In this document: piece by piece, positions 25,936 through 38,172 of the stretch | How the letters are laid out: the number at the start of each line of letters is the position of its first letter | How positions within the stretch are numbered: position 1 is the first letter of the stretch | DNA from: Marsupella aquatica | Taxonomy: Eukaryota > Plantae > Marchantiophyta | DNA: 64,000 nucleotides | Direction of reading: 5' to 3' | Assembly: GCA_973895155.1 (NCBI GenBank) | Contig: OZ316893.1 | Location: 10,545,660-10,609,659, forward strand | Position numbers and translations under genes: made by a program | The notes under the pieces: model-generated | What the model saw: only the letters and a program-made list of their open reading frames with translations | The model's database searches: none | Told to the model about the DNA's origin: nothing

Positions 25936-27799
25936 CAAATCTAGATACCTTGATTACTACATACCGCCCCTTGTGAGAGGGGCACACCGGAGAGTTAGAC
26001 TTCAACATATTTGAGTAACCTTCGGTATGCCAACTTTACTCCAAAATGTTGTACACTTGTTACGAGCCTGATTTCGGGAAAGCAATGACGTATCAAAGTA
26101 TACGCAATCCCTTGTTGCAAAGCTTGAATTTGGGAAAGCAATGAAGTGTACGTCAATCGTTTCATGTTCGAACACTCAACTTGAGAGCGTGACTTAATCG
26201 TGACGGTTTTGCTCGACCTACAAGTGCAGTACTCCTCTATTACCCATCGCGCGGTGAATTTGTCCGGAGTTGAACGCAGCAGTCGGGAGGCCCAATAGAG
26301 GATTGAGGTGGTCTGGAACGAGATTTAGATTATCCCTCAAACCTGATACTTATTAGTGATGAGTCTCTCGACATCATGTCAGCTTTTCATGAGAGGGTTA
26401 AAGCATACGCCGTACATGAAAATCAACTCGAGCAGAGATAAGAAACAGCAGCAGGGTGGATAAGTCATCGTTACTGTATATGCAGAGACTACTAATCTAA
26501 ACTACTGGAGTTGTCCAGAAATCATTCGATACTGTTCCAGCGGAGAACACAGTCATGCCACTATTGCAGGCGCCGTAATGATGCGACGCAGGAGTTAATG
26601 AACACGACGGAAGGAGGAACACTCGTGCCATTGTAGACACGGTGTCCATTCTGTAGACCGGAGGAGCTGAAGTTGATTGGCTGACAGCAAGCTGAAGGTC
26701 CATCATGACCATACCGTCTTTAAAGTTAGTAAAAGGTCTAGTGACAATTATGAACCACTTATGACACTCTGTGGATGGATGTATGCACATGACTTCGTCT
26801 CTTCATCAATCAACGAACAGTGGTAACCAAGTACATCCCCAAGGTCACTCCCCATGGACAGGGCACTCGGGCAGAATGAGTGATTCTCAGCATCATCACA
26901 AATTCACAATTCTCTTCACTTCACTTCACTTCACTTCTCCAGAGTTTCCCGGTCCTGTCCGCTATCGGACAGGACCGCTTTGGGGAGGGAGGGACGGAGG
27001 GACGGCGAGTTTGAAAGGTGCGAAAGGAACATGGAAAGGGGAATTTCCGGGACATGATCGCCGATGTCTGCTCTCCATGGCACATTGGCACTATGAACTG
27101 AGCTGTCTCGAGTGACGTCATGTCTCCTGTTCCTTTGAAGGACAAAAACTACTAAAGACTGCAGTAGATTTCAACCTAGTGGTCCAGCAACAGACTGGAC
27201 CGAAATACCGGTAGACAAGCTGCAGAATGATTGGAAGATCTAAGCACGGCCCAGTCTTTTCTCGGCATTCATTGCACCATTGTTGCGGGCAATAATCCTC
27301 CAATAAGTTTTGCTACAGCTCCAATTCAAGTAAAGTAATAAAATATGATATGACTTCCTTACTTTAATTCGAAGACAACACGTCGTACAAAAATCCCGAC
27401 GGTCGATCTCGCTTTCGCCCGGATTACCGTAGCAGGTGGAGTGGCACACCGCACATGGCCACATATTTGTTTCGCAAATCCTCATTCAAAATATACATTA
27501 TTGCCTTATTTTGACAGGTCAACGATATATAAAAGGCCACCCCAGGCAACCTTTCGTTTGAAATTTATGGAGCCAGTTCCCTAATGTGTACTCCTGTGCA
27601 GGTGGATGAGGACAAATCACCCCTTCCGTGATCGTTGGCGCATCTGCCCTCTTGCTTCCTGGCCTTCCCTCCGTGCTGACGCTGGCCCACATTCGGTATT
27701 GTATTTTATTTCGCATCTCCATGCCTCGTTGCCTCCCACCATAGCTTTCCAGTTGTACTTGGTCCCAGAAACTATTTCACAAGTGGCCCAGTATTAGTC

Positions 27800-28680
27800 A
27801 GAGAGCCAGAAGGAGTCCAGGACCATAATATAACACAGTGCCAAAGGGCCAAAAAACTCAGAACTTGAAGACATGAACCCAATGGCAAAGCAGCCCAATG
27901 AAGGGGAGTAAAGGAGGCAAAAGGGCCCCAAGAAGACCAAAGGGTCCAACAAGCCAAGGGGTCCCCAACCTAAAGCCAACTAAGAAATAACGACACAAAT
28001 TTAACCTCCAAAGAAGCCATGAAGGCTAACACCTTACCCAGCACAGAACTGAAATGTTTGGTAGAGCTCTATAGTAAATCACATAGGAGGGTCACAAAGC
28101 AGAACCTGTCGAGAGGCCCTAAAACCAACTGCCTCGGTCCTACAAAGGAGGGTGAAAGCTTGGGCCCACCAAAGAGCCACAAACACCCGCTGCCAAAAAA
28201 AGGCGGTGAGTACACATACAGGGGAAAGGTCTCTTTTCAATAGCAAAAACTGCACAGGCCCGAAGGAACTAGTCAAAGGCAGGGTGGAGAACACCAAAAA
28301 CTTCCAAGGGAAAGGGATAGAAAAGATCCCCTGGGTAGCAAACTGCAGAGGCCTCCTCCTTGAGCAGCGTTGCCTTAGCTACAACACAGCCAGGCACATG
28401 GACTGCAACCGCAACATGGCTCCCTTCTATGGGATCAACAACAACCCCAGCCCTAGAAAAGACCAGATCAGCCCGCCGCCGGTCAGGAAGACCATCCCGA
28501 GGGGGAAGCACATGTCGTTGCTCCATGACAACATGGTAACCAGAGTCTCAGGCAATGGCAGCCACGACTTCACGAATGTCATCATGGGTGGCAATCATCT
28601 CACTCCCATGGTCGCACATGATCGAGGATATGAGCTGAACAATGGCCTACACAACCTTGGGCAAGAGTGAACAGGTCTGG
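27800..28680 (-). mobile_element. 5'-truncated non-LTR retrotransposon relic with restriction-like endonuclease (CRE-clade-like)
   Basis: Minus-strand translation CDHGSEMIATHDDIREVVAAIA*DSGYHVVMEQRHVLP...RRADLVFS...YPGDLFYPFPLEVFGVLHPAFD*FL, then a frameshift into FFWQRVFVALWWAQAFTLLCR. This matches the CCHC-tail / (RH)D / E / (P)D REL region and C-terminal helix of CRE elements. Boundaries are approximate. Confidence 0.7.
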
Positions 28681-31600
28681 CAAAGACAAGCCTGAAAAGG
28701 GAGGACTTTTCAAAACCCTAATGATGTGATCAAAGCAAATGGGCTAACGATCCACTAGGGCATCTCAAAGTACTCAAAACGCGGGCGTCCAGGCCGTCTG
28801 GGAGTTTGCGGGCCAGGATGCGGCCCCAAAGTGTGCGGTCACCCGAATCGGCAACCACACTTTTACGCCCGGGCTTTTTCACTAACTTCAGGCCGCAGGC
28901 TGGGGTTAGACTATGAGGGTTTTTCTTACCTGGGTTAGAGTCGGGTGTCAGCAACCATCCTGCACATCGTTACGATCTCAAACATAACCTTGCAAAAAAG
29001 CTTGGAGACAGTGGGCGATGGTGAGAGGCAGAGTACAAGCCGCACGCATAGTTTTTGCGTCTTGAAGCATTGTTGTGACCAACAACAGGCGCTGTCCAGC
29101 AGTTGATGGTTTTGCATTAACGAACATATACTCCATGAATCCTTTCAAGCTCGTGAGTTGCTGGCCCTACCTCTAGTACTTGCAGTCGCTTGTGAGTTTT
29201 CAAAGTTGTGGAGTACCTCAATCGTGCGAAGCTTTGGCAGTACATCCCAGGTGAATCCATCCCTCCGCTTTCAGTTATGACTTACTTCTTACGCTATGCG
29301 CTATCATCTCTTCACTGCCTTCTGGATTATATGACCCTGTGACAATACCAGGTCCCCAATCTTTTGGATCCTCTAGTTCCAGGAGCCCTGCATTCAGGAC
29401 ACCCACCAGGGTCATAGAAAATGCAACCCCTACCACTCCTGTGAAGCGCAACAGTGCCAAAAAGATACTGGCAAACCTCATAGGCAATTGAAGGGGGCTA
29501 ATCTTGATGACTGAAACACCTTGTTGCAAGGGGTGTAGAAGTCCATCATTATGTATTTTTTTGTGGCACTCTGTCAAGAACTCAGCAATGAAAAAAACAC
29601 TTTCATGAAGAAATGTTAAATGGTGTACCTCTTCATAATCATTTCATTCCTTGGTTGCAATGAGTGTGGAATGTGACTTGTTATTCTCAGAATCATCTAC
29701 TGGTGACTCGGTCATGCAGGTTCATCATGCCTCGAGTTTCCAAGAGGCAACATAAGTTGAGAATGGTGAAGCAAAAACTTGAAGTCAGTGTTGCTTTACA
29801 GAGTTCCACTTCAGAATCATATGTTGACTCCATCCAGGGGACTCCTGGTTCACTCAAATGTATTCCCTCTGGGTTAAGTGAGCAGGATCCCTTAACTCAT
29901 GCTAAACCCGCGACGGTTCAGGCTCACGGCACGTCCAAACATTTGCCACCCCACTTTCTGCATGCCCGAAAAGGCGGGGACCGCCTTAGGCATGGGTGCA
30001 CTTTCGGCCTGTCACATGCCCGTGACACAGTCCGCGGTCCTAAAGGACACCCTACTGTATGAGAAATAGACCTCTACAAGAGAGAGATGAGAGCTCAGCT
30101 TGACAACTTATTTGCTCTAAGTCACAGTACTATACATCATGCCTGATAGAAATAAGTTAGACTCAACTAGTGATAAATTTACTTATACATATCACAAATC
30201 ACTTTCTAGTTATGTATATCACACTCCCAAAGAAATTCCTAGTTCACTTGAATTTAAAACTAGAATTTAAAACTAGAGCAAATCCGAGAGGGATTTTGGT
30301 AGGCGTTCCTCAAAATTCACGCCATTGATAAAATTTCTGCATCAGTCGGAACAACAAATCCAAGCTGACGTCAACGACGGTCACAGAAACCACTTGGCTC
30401 CGGACAGAGAAAACCCCAAAATAAAATGCTTATGAAGAGCGTTGGAGTGCCACCTCCCGTGATTGATGTACCCATGTCATGTACGAGTAATAAACTACAG
30501 TAGAGAAGCGGTGGGTTTCTGTTCTGCCTCGAATGAATGATGATTTTTATTAAAAGAACACAAAAATCTCACAGACGGACAGACAGACAGATGGTGAAGC
30601 GGTTCTGGGGACCTCCAGGAGGACCAGGACACTGTTCAATGTATCTATCGAAAGATCGCATTGGCCGTATCCAGCAGCTGCCGCTTTCCTAGGGCACCGG
30701 CTCGTTTCCAATGAAAAAAATGGAAAGCAAGCAGAATTATTGTGCCTGCAATTGGACTCGCGCTACATCGCCTGAGCAGTAAGAGCCGTCCGACCTTTCT
30801 CCAAAAAGGCCGAGAGAGTTTGCTTCAAGCCTTCAACACTCTTTCCCCGCACCCCGGCTCCCCATTGATTGATCGACAGCGGACAGGAAACTGGACCATC
30901 AATTGCAACGCCCCAAACTTCACTGCTGCAACACGCAACAGCGCCCTCGATTGGTTTTAGACTTTTAGAGCAGATTTTGCTCATCATCAACCCACTTTGA
31001 AGGCTTTGTATCCAGCTGCGACAGTCATTCGCGTTGCTGGCATTGATGGCGTCGCCCTCTCCGCGCGCCGCTTGCTCGATCCTGCATGACTGCATGTCCT
31101 GAGTTCTCACCGAGGGCCCACATTCTTCAGCACCGGCAATCCACTGTGAGGGCAGAGGCCCCATTCTGGCATTCCCCTCCACAGCCGAAGGCAAGCAATC
31201 TGACGGACGACCGTGCGCTGCCTGACGGACCGGGACTCTGGGAGGGGGGCCATGCAACAGCGGCGTGTACATGAACGAATGACGGTGAACTACCAAACGA
31301 TTTGTTTGTTTCGTTGGGAATGGCCGTCAGCAATCTACACTAGGCCGTTGTCCCTTTTAATTAAGGTTGCGATCAAAAAATAAAAAGGATAGTAATCACT
31401 CCTGTTTTCTATTCATTTGTATCTTATTAAACCACTACTGGCCATATAAAAGGAGGAGTGTCCAAAAATTCTCTCTTTTCCCATTCCTCTCTTCTACCGT
31501 GCGGCCGTTTTGGTACTCCTCAATTTCAGGAAAAAATACTAAAAATGGTGAAATCTGTGGAACCATATTTTTGTCATGGCTAGTGTGTCTTTAACTAGCC

Positions 31601-34600
31601 TGAATGCCTATTCTTTGAATATTAAACAAAATGATTCAAGAAATTATCTATATTAATGCAAATGTTAACAAAAATTATCATATACAATGATCATTTTGAC
31701 ATAGATAAAATCTCATTGTTTTTTTCCATCCACATAAATTTGGTGAAGCCTTAGAGTCCACTTCACTCTACAAGCTTGGACCCCAACCCATTGCAACTTA
31801 TTAGTACGATGTGCACTGCCAACAAAATCTGGGAGGAAACCAAAACATGAAGGTGGTGCAGAGAAACTAGCAAAAGGTTGTTTGGAATGGTACTCTTACA
31901 ATTATATACTGCCAACCAAATCTGGGAAGGAACCAAAACATGAACAGGCGCACAAAACCTGAGAAAGGAAAGGGGTCAAGGAGGAAGGGGAGGATGAAGG
32001 AGGATTCCCACGCCGGTACTTTCACTAATTGCACAAAGTCTCAAAGATGGTCCACACACACCATCATATTTATGACGTTTGCCAAAGATTACAATGGAAA
32101 CTAAAATCACTAATCATTAGAGTGTCAAGTGGGCCACTCTTTAGCATTTTCTTCTTAAAGCCCAAAAGAAGCCTTGCATTTAACCTATGCTTGAGTGCCT
32201 CCCTTGACTTCTTCTACGCAACAATTCTTGTACAAACAATGACCTAGTGAACCAGTAATTATCAGAATTTTAACTCTTTGTTCACAAATTTTTAGAGGGT
32301 TTTTGGGAGATCTAGAAAAACTCTAAACATATAGAGATCAATAATATTACAAACGTGAACGATGCTATGGATAAGCGAGAGGTAGGGCATACACACAGTG
32401 TCAATCTTATCAAATGGCCTGTTGACTGTATGCGCCATTGCTCTTAGTTTACTCTAGGCGGCTCAGTAGTATGATAAGTTCACAAGGTTCCCCAACTCAC
32501 AGAACTTTTTCACAGTGAACAACATAAATGCACTCTAGTTACAGCCAAAAGTCAAGCACCCAGGAGAAGGTTATCCTCACTCTCCACAACGTCGGACGAG
32601 ACTTTTACAATCGGGAAAAGACTCCCTAAAAACTGTCAGAAGCAACATTAATCTTGAATTTGAAGCGTTAATTTCAAATTACAGATTGGTTGGCCACTAC
32701 ATTTATCAGAAAGGATTAAGAAGGATAGGGTCTTCTTGGGACAAGTCCCATTGGCTGGTACACTATCTTTTTTTCCTTGAGCATAGGCCAATGGATGTGA
32801 CCTTGCCCTAAAAAAAGACAAAAGTTGCAAACACTTGTTTTCCTCACCACATTGGCTGTCACCCCCTTGCCCTTGGCCATTCAGCCCCTTATGCTCCTGA
32901 TATCCAGACCACTGATAGGTACGCTTGTTATCTTCTCAAACTCCCAACTGTTGACAAGGGAGACTTATGTTCCAATCATCCCCAAAACTCCTAACATTCA
33001 GTTAGTTTGTGGACCCCTGAGCTATTTTATGCCTTAATATGCAAGGAAGCTAATACAACTTCTCTGTACTTTACGCTTTAATTTTAAAATTTATTTATAC
33101 ATTGTAAAGTCACTGTTTACATCAAAATGCTCATGACATTCTAAAATTTGAATTTACACATCTTGTCAAGGTTTTACAAGCACTTAAAAATATTTTGTTA
33201 GTCAGGTACTAAAGTTTAGTCTTTCTTTATTTATTGCACAAGCTAGTATGGAACTATGGTAGGAGCTGTTCTTAGGGGTCACTTTTAATATTGGCAAATT
33301 CTTCAACTTGGGGCAAAATGATACAAAGAAAAATCTGGGGAACAAATATTAAGCAAAATCCGCCTTAAGCAGGAGGAGGATTTGGCAGATCTTTGAAGAT
33401 CTGATGGTTGTACTTCAGAACAGGAATCATCTGAGGATTTTAATAATATTAATATTTATTAGTTCCTGCATTTGTATTTCCTACTGCTTGTCTCCCTTGC
33501 TTGATTTTCTATGCACTTCATGCAAAAAAACTACCAACATGCTTCCCCTACACTTAAACTTATTCAGTCAATGAATGAACCAATCTTCAAATTTGTTTAG
33601 CAAGTTGGTCCCCAAGCTAGGCAGCCACATAAAAAAATCAACCCAATTTTTTAAAATTTGATTTTAGAAAGAAAACATAAATTTATAAAACAGGAAAAAA
33701 AAGTACAATGAAGGGAAAGAAAAAGTGGGCCAAAGAGGGTAAACACCCAACAAGTAAAAAGAATAGCAAGTGCAACCCTAAAAAAAGAAAAGAGAAAGGG
33801 AAAAGTGCCTAACACTACACGAGTGCAAAGGAATACTGTAGTTCTCATGTGAAAATGTGACAAGGTAAGAGCTAATTGTCCACATCCAATGTCCTATCTA
33901 AATCATGAAGTGGCACATGAATGTACTCTAGGGGAACAAGAGTATGTGGAGGTATGTTAGTAGCACCCACTGTGAGGGATCAACAATAAATTGCTCAAGT
34001 TTGAGCACGCTGTAAGGCCACTGAAATGTGCTGTCAAAAGTGCATGGTCAAGATGCTGATAGTGGGGGTCCGGAAAGATCCATCCGTCCATGAATATCAC
34101 GAGCAGCCTGTTGAAGAAGCCCATCAAACTGATGATGAATAGACTCAAATATCTCAATAGCAAGGGGGAAGACTGAAGGTATGGACTTTAGGAAGACAAA
34201 AATATGGATTATTTAACTTTTATAATATTGCATCTTAGATGCTCACATACCCAACAACACAAGCACAAAACCCAAAAATAACAAGCAACTAACTTAAAGT
34301 ACCGTTTAAAATGCGCATTGTCACCATTAATTATCAACATCAAATCTCATCCGATGATCTAAGGAAACAATGACAAGCTCTTTTTTGTGACCATTATGCT
34401 TTGTTGTCAACCGTCCTCATTGTTAGTCTATGATCAATCAGATATAATAGCTACAGTTGCTCATTGTAGTTTTTTATGTAAATAAATGAAATACAAAAGA
34501 TTATTACTGTAATGTCAAAAAGTAAATAAAATGGTTACAACCGGTTTTTGCCCTCAATCTTTGTTGTTGGGCATGTAAATTTGTCTACTATGCAAATTCT

Positions 34601-34994
34601 GAGCAGTAATTTTGTAAATTGGAGAACTTTTGAGGGCATGGCAAATTATCCCAAAACAAAAGACTACACAGTCAGGGCCATTAGGAGGTCTCAATACTCA
34701 GCCATACAAAGATGAAGTCCAGATTTGGGATGCCCTATTATACTCTGATCCAAATTGTCTCCTAAGATTCAAGATCTCCCTCTCCTTCCACAATGGTTTC
34801 CGTCCAGGCAAGGTAGTAACTTTTTCACATCCAGCTTGCCCCTGCCTAATGCCACATTGCAAGGCACTTTTTATTTCCGTTCTATAAGTCAGGGAAGTGA
34901 CATTCAATGTTGTCCATCATGCGAGCAGTGGCTGCCCATAGCCAGTTGCTGCAGGTTTGCTGCCCACAGAATTACTGTAAGTTGAAGGAAACCG

Positions 34995-35720
34995 CCACCT
35001 TGTCATCCAGAAGGCTGTGGGTTGGTGGTAGTGCATGAGAGTGGTGCGGCTGAGGTGTTAGGTACAAGCTTTTACCACACCCAAAAGTGGGGTTCAGACA
35101 TCTCTAGCAACACTAGGGATTGTTTTTCATTCCGTAGGAGCATTAACACACATCTTCCCCCACAAGTGGAGTCCACATGCAGCTAGTGGCACTTAGAACT
35201 GTTTTTCATTCCATCTGAGAGAACCAGACCAGTTTCAGGTCAATGTGCAATGAGCTAGAAGACAACATTAAATGCTGAACATGGGACTCCTAGAAGTGAA
35301 TTACTTCTGCGCATCAAGCTCACATTATGTATTTCAAGGTACTTTTTCATTTCCTTCTATACATCACAGGAATGACAGTCAATGACAGTGCATGTTTGCC
35401 CTTCTGTCCTTCAGCAGGCTGTGGGCTGGTGGTAGCATGTGAGAATGGGGCCATAGAGGTGCTAGGTCCAAACCTTGTTTGCCCACTACTGCTTTTATCA
35501 CCCCTCGCTCTCCCCCCCCAACACACAAAGTATATTTTTCACTGCACAAGAATGTCAACAAACATACTTCCCTGAAAGTGGGTTTCACATGAAGCTAGTG
35601 ACACTTAGGATTTTTTTTTCATTTCAACAGGTGAAATAGGCTGTTACAATTTATGATCAATGTTTAGTGAGCTACAGGACAAAATTAAATGCTAATTCCG
35701 TGACCTCCTAGAAGTGAATA
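34995..35720. repeat. Old imperfect tandem duplication (~400 bp period)
   Basis: AGGCTGTGGG.TGGTGGTAG at ~35012 and ~35416; CACATG.AGCTAGTG.CACTTAG at ~35174 and ~35586; CTCCTAGAAGTGAAT at ~35287 and ~35705. Confidence 0.75.
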
Positions 35721-36356
35721 AGGCTTTTCGTTCCGTCATAGTCGCCCTTGTCACCTTGTGTATTGTCCTTAAATAATAGCATACTCAAGAAAAAGATATC
35801 GGTAGAATGATTTTAGAGGCTCAGATATTTCCCAGTTCCTTGGGAAGATTTATAAATGCTCATCAATGCGTCTTATTTGGCCAGATCTTTTATTAGCCTC
35901 TTCACACAAACGATAACCCTACTTTCAGGGTCTGCTAAATTCCCCCGGTTTTTCAGTGCTAATCATTATAGAAGCCGCCGTCACCTTTTTTATCTTGACT
36001 TTTGAGCTTTCCATGTCCATTGTTCTAATTTTATCCACCCTTGCCACGCCCAGCATGCAAGACCTCTTTGGTAGTAATAATTCTTTAATCTAGTTTTTAC
36101 TAATTAATTTATGACAGTCAGATCTCCCTAAATGTAAGGATAGCCATTAGATTCGTTCAAATGAGGCCTGCGCATAGGACAATGGCAATCTTGGTTTAGG
36201 TACTAGCCTGTGAGCGAAAAGTGAACAAAAGTTGACCCACAGCAATCGGGAAGTTGCATTCTTGGCTACAACCCCTGCCAGACCTCCTTTATAGGGAGGA
36301 GATTAGGGGAGCAAGCGACTATCTCCAAAAATGGTTACATTATTGGGGAAGACTCA

Positions 36357-36683
36357 GGGCCAACTCGCATGTAGTGGGCCCTAAGGAATGCGGCCCTTAG
36401 AATGGAGGCACTTCAGGAGTCTGCTCAATCTGCAGTAACAACTAAATACATCCACCAAGCCTTGTGCTCAACATCTATAATGCGGTGCTTTTGTTTTATT
36501 TGCCACTCTAGTGTCGGGCCCTGCAAGGGCTGGACCGTTTCCAGCCTTTGCCCATGGGTCCCCATAAGACCTGCTGTGACGCCTGCCTACAGAGGGGCTT
36601 ACGGCATGGCAGAATCATGAATTAAAAGAATGACACGTCTCAGTTAAGGGTCGCATTCAGTAGGGCTACATGGGAGTTGGCTC
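36357..36683. mobile_element. Tourist-like MITE, family H2, copy 1
   Basis: TIRs GGGCCAACTCGCATGTAG / CTACATGGGAGTTGGCTC; flanks TCA/TAA. Confidence 0.7.
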
Positions 36684-36756
36684 TAAGTGTTGTCTCGCAT
36701 GTAAAAGGTCCCCAAAAGCGAGTATCTCCAAAGATGGTTACATTGGGGAAGACTAA

Positions 36757-37098
36757 GGGCTGTCTTGCATGTGACAAGTCCTTTGTGTTGCAGCCCTAAA
36801 TTGAACCCGTGGCATTTGTAAATGCAGCAACAGGCCGGCAGTCGTGACGGCGGTTTTAGAGCATATGCGAGGGCAAGGGCCGGAAATTTTCCGGCCCTTG
36901 AGGTCCCAAACTTTGAACTGCAATTAAAACAAAACTGCAGTGGATCCTGCCCTGTACAATTTGCGGTGCCAAAGACAAAGAAGTAAATGCGATTGAGTAA
37001 GCACGGCACACATAAGCTCTTCTTGATTGTATTTTGCCGACATCGGTGGGCTGCTAAGGGTCGCTTTTTTCAGGACTCTTGCACATGCAAGACAGCCC
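36757..37098. mobile_element. Tourist-like MITE, family H2, copy 2 (inverted relative to copy 1)
   Basis: Perfect 17-bp TIR GGGCTGTCTTGCATGTG / CACATGCAAGACAGCCC, TAA TSD, central palindrome AAGGGCCGGAAATTTTCCGGCCCTT. Confidence 0.85.
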
Positions 37099-37584
37099 TA
37101 AGTGTTGTCTCGTCCCAAAAGAAGGCTCTTAAAGTTTACTGATGGTGCTATGAGTGAACAAGACATTCATGCCTCAACCCCCCCCCAAGGTAGACCTAAT
37201 TGCAACATTTCAACATATTCAAGAGCAAGTGCAGGAAAATTTCCAGCCCTTCACTTCATTGGAGTGGTAAGGGCCTATTTCCACTGTTTACTGAGTGGTA
37301 AGGGCCTATTTTCCAGGACCTTCTACATACAAGAGGGCCCTTAACACTGAGCCATTTGTTGCCCGTAAAGTGGAGGATACTTCTCAGAACCTACAGTAGC
37401 TAATTTTAGCCACTAAAGAAACTCTAAACACCGAGCCAATTTTTTTCCCTAAAGTAAGGAATACTTAAGGATCTAGCAAGTTTTAGCCACACTAAAGAAC
37501 TAAAGAAACTCTGACGACCAGCCCCTCTAGGGACAATTTGGGCCCTAAGTGGAGAACTTGTTTTTCAGAATCTAGAATGTTCTA

Positions 37585-38172
37585 GGGTGGCTTTACAAGA
37601 AGTTGGAGGCAGTTTTCATTTATTTTTTTGGTCTCCAAAATCTTATCAAAGCCATCCAGTTGGGAGAAACTGCTACAAGACCTTGGGGCAATGAAAATGA
37701 TTCAAAAAATGCTTTTAGCCCCGGGACACTATATTTAGTGTTTGCATTGGCCTTCCAGTTTGCTTTGGTGGAAAAAAAATCTCTAGTGCTGCTACAAGAC
37801 CTTGGGGCAATAAGAGGATTCAAAATATGCTTTTAGCCCTGCTGCTACAAGAACTTGGGGCAATAAAAGGATTCAAAATATGCTTTTAGCCCTGCTACTA
37901 CAAGACCTTGGGGCAATAAAACGATTCAAAATATGCTTTTAGGGGGGGGGGGGGGGGGGGGGACACTATATTTAGTGTGTGATGCAATGGCCTTCCAGTT
38001 TGCTTTGGTGGAAAAAAACTCCCTAGTGCTGCTACAAGACCTTGGGGCAATAAAAGGTTTCAAAAAATGCTTTTAGCCCGGGGACACTATATTTAGTGTG
38101 TGCAATGGCCTTCCACTTTGCTTTGGTGGAAAAAAAACTCCCAAGTGCCCCAGACCTCTTGTAAAGTCCTCC
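37585..38172. mobile_element. Tourist-like MITE, family H1, copy 2 with internal tandem array
   Basis: Same termini as 8996-9917. About five ~52-bp units GCTACAAGACCTTGGGGCAATAAAAGGATTCAAAA.ATGCTTTTAG in 37672-38080, plus a poly-G run. TSD not preserved. Confidence 0.7.
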
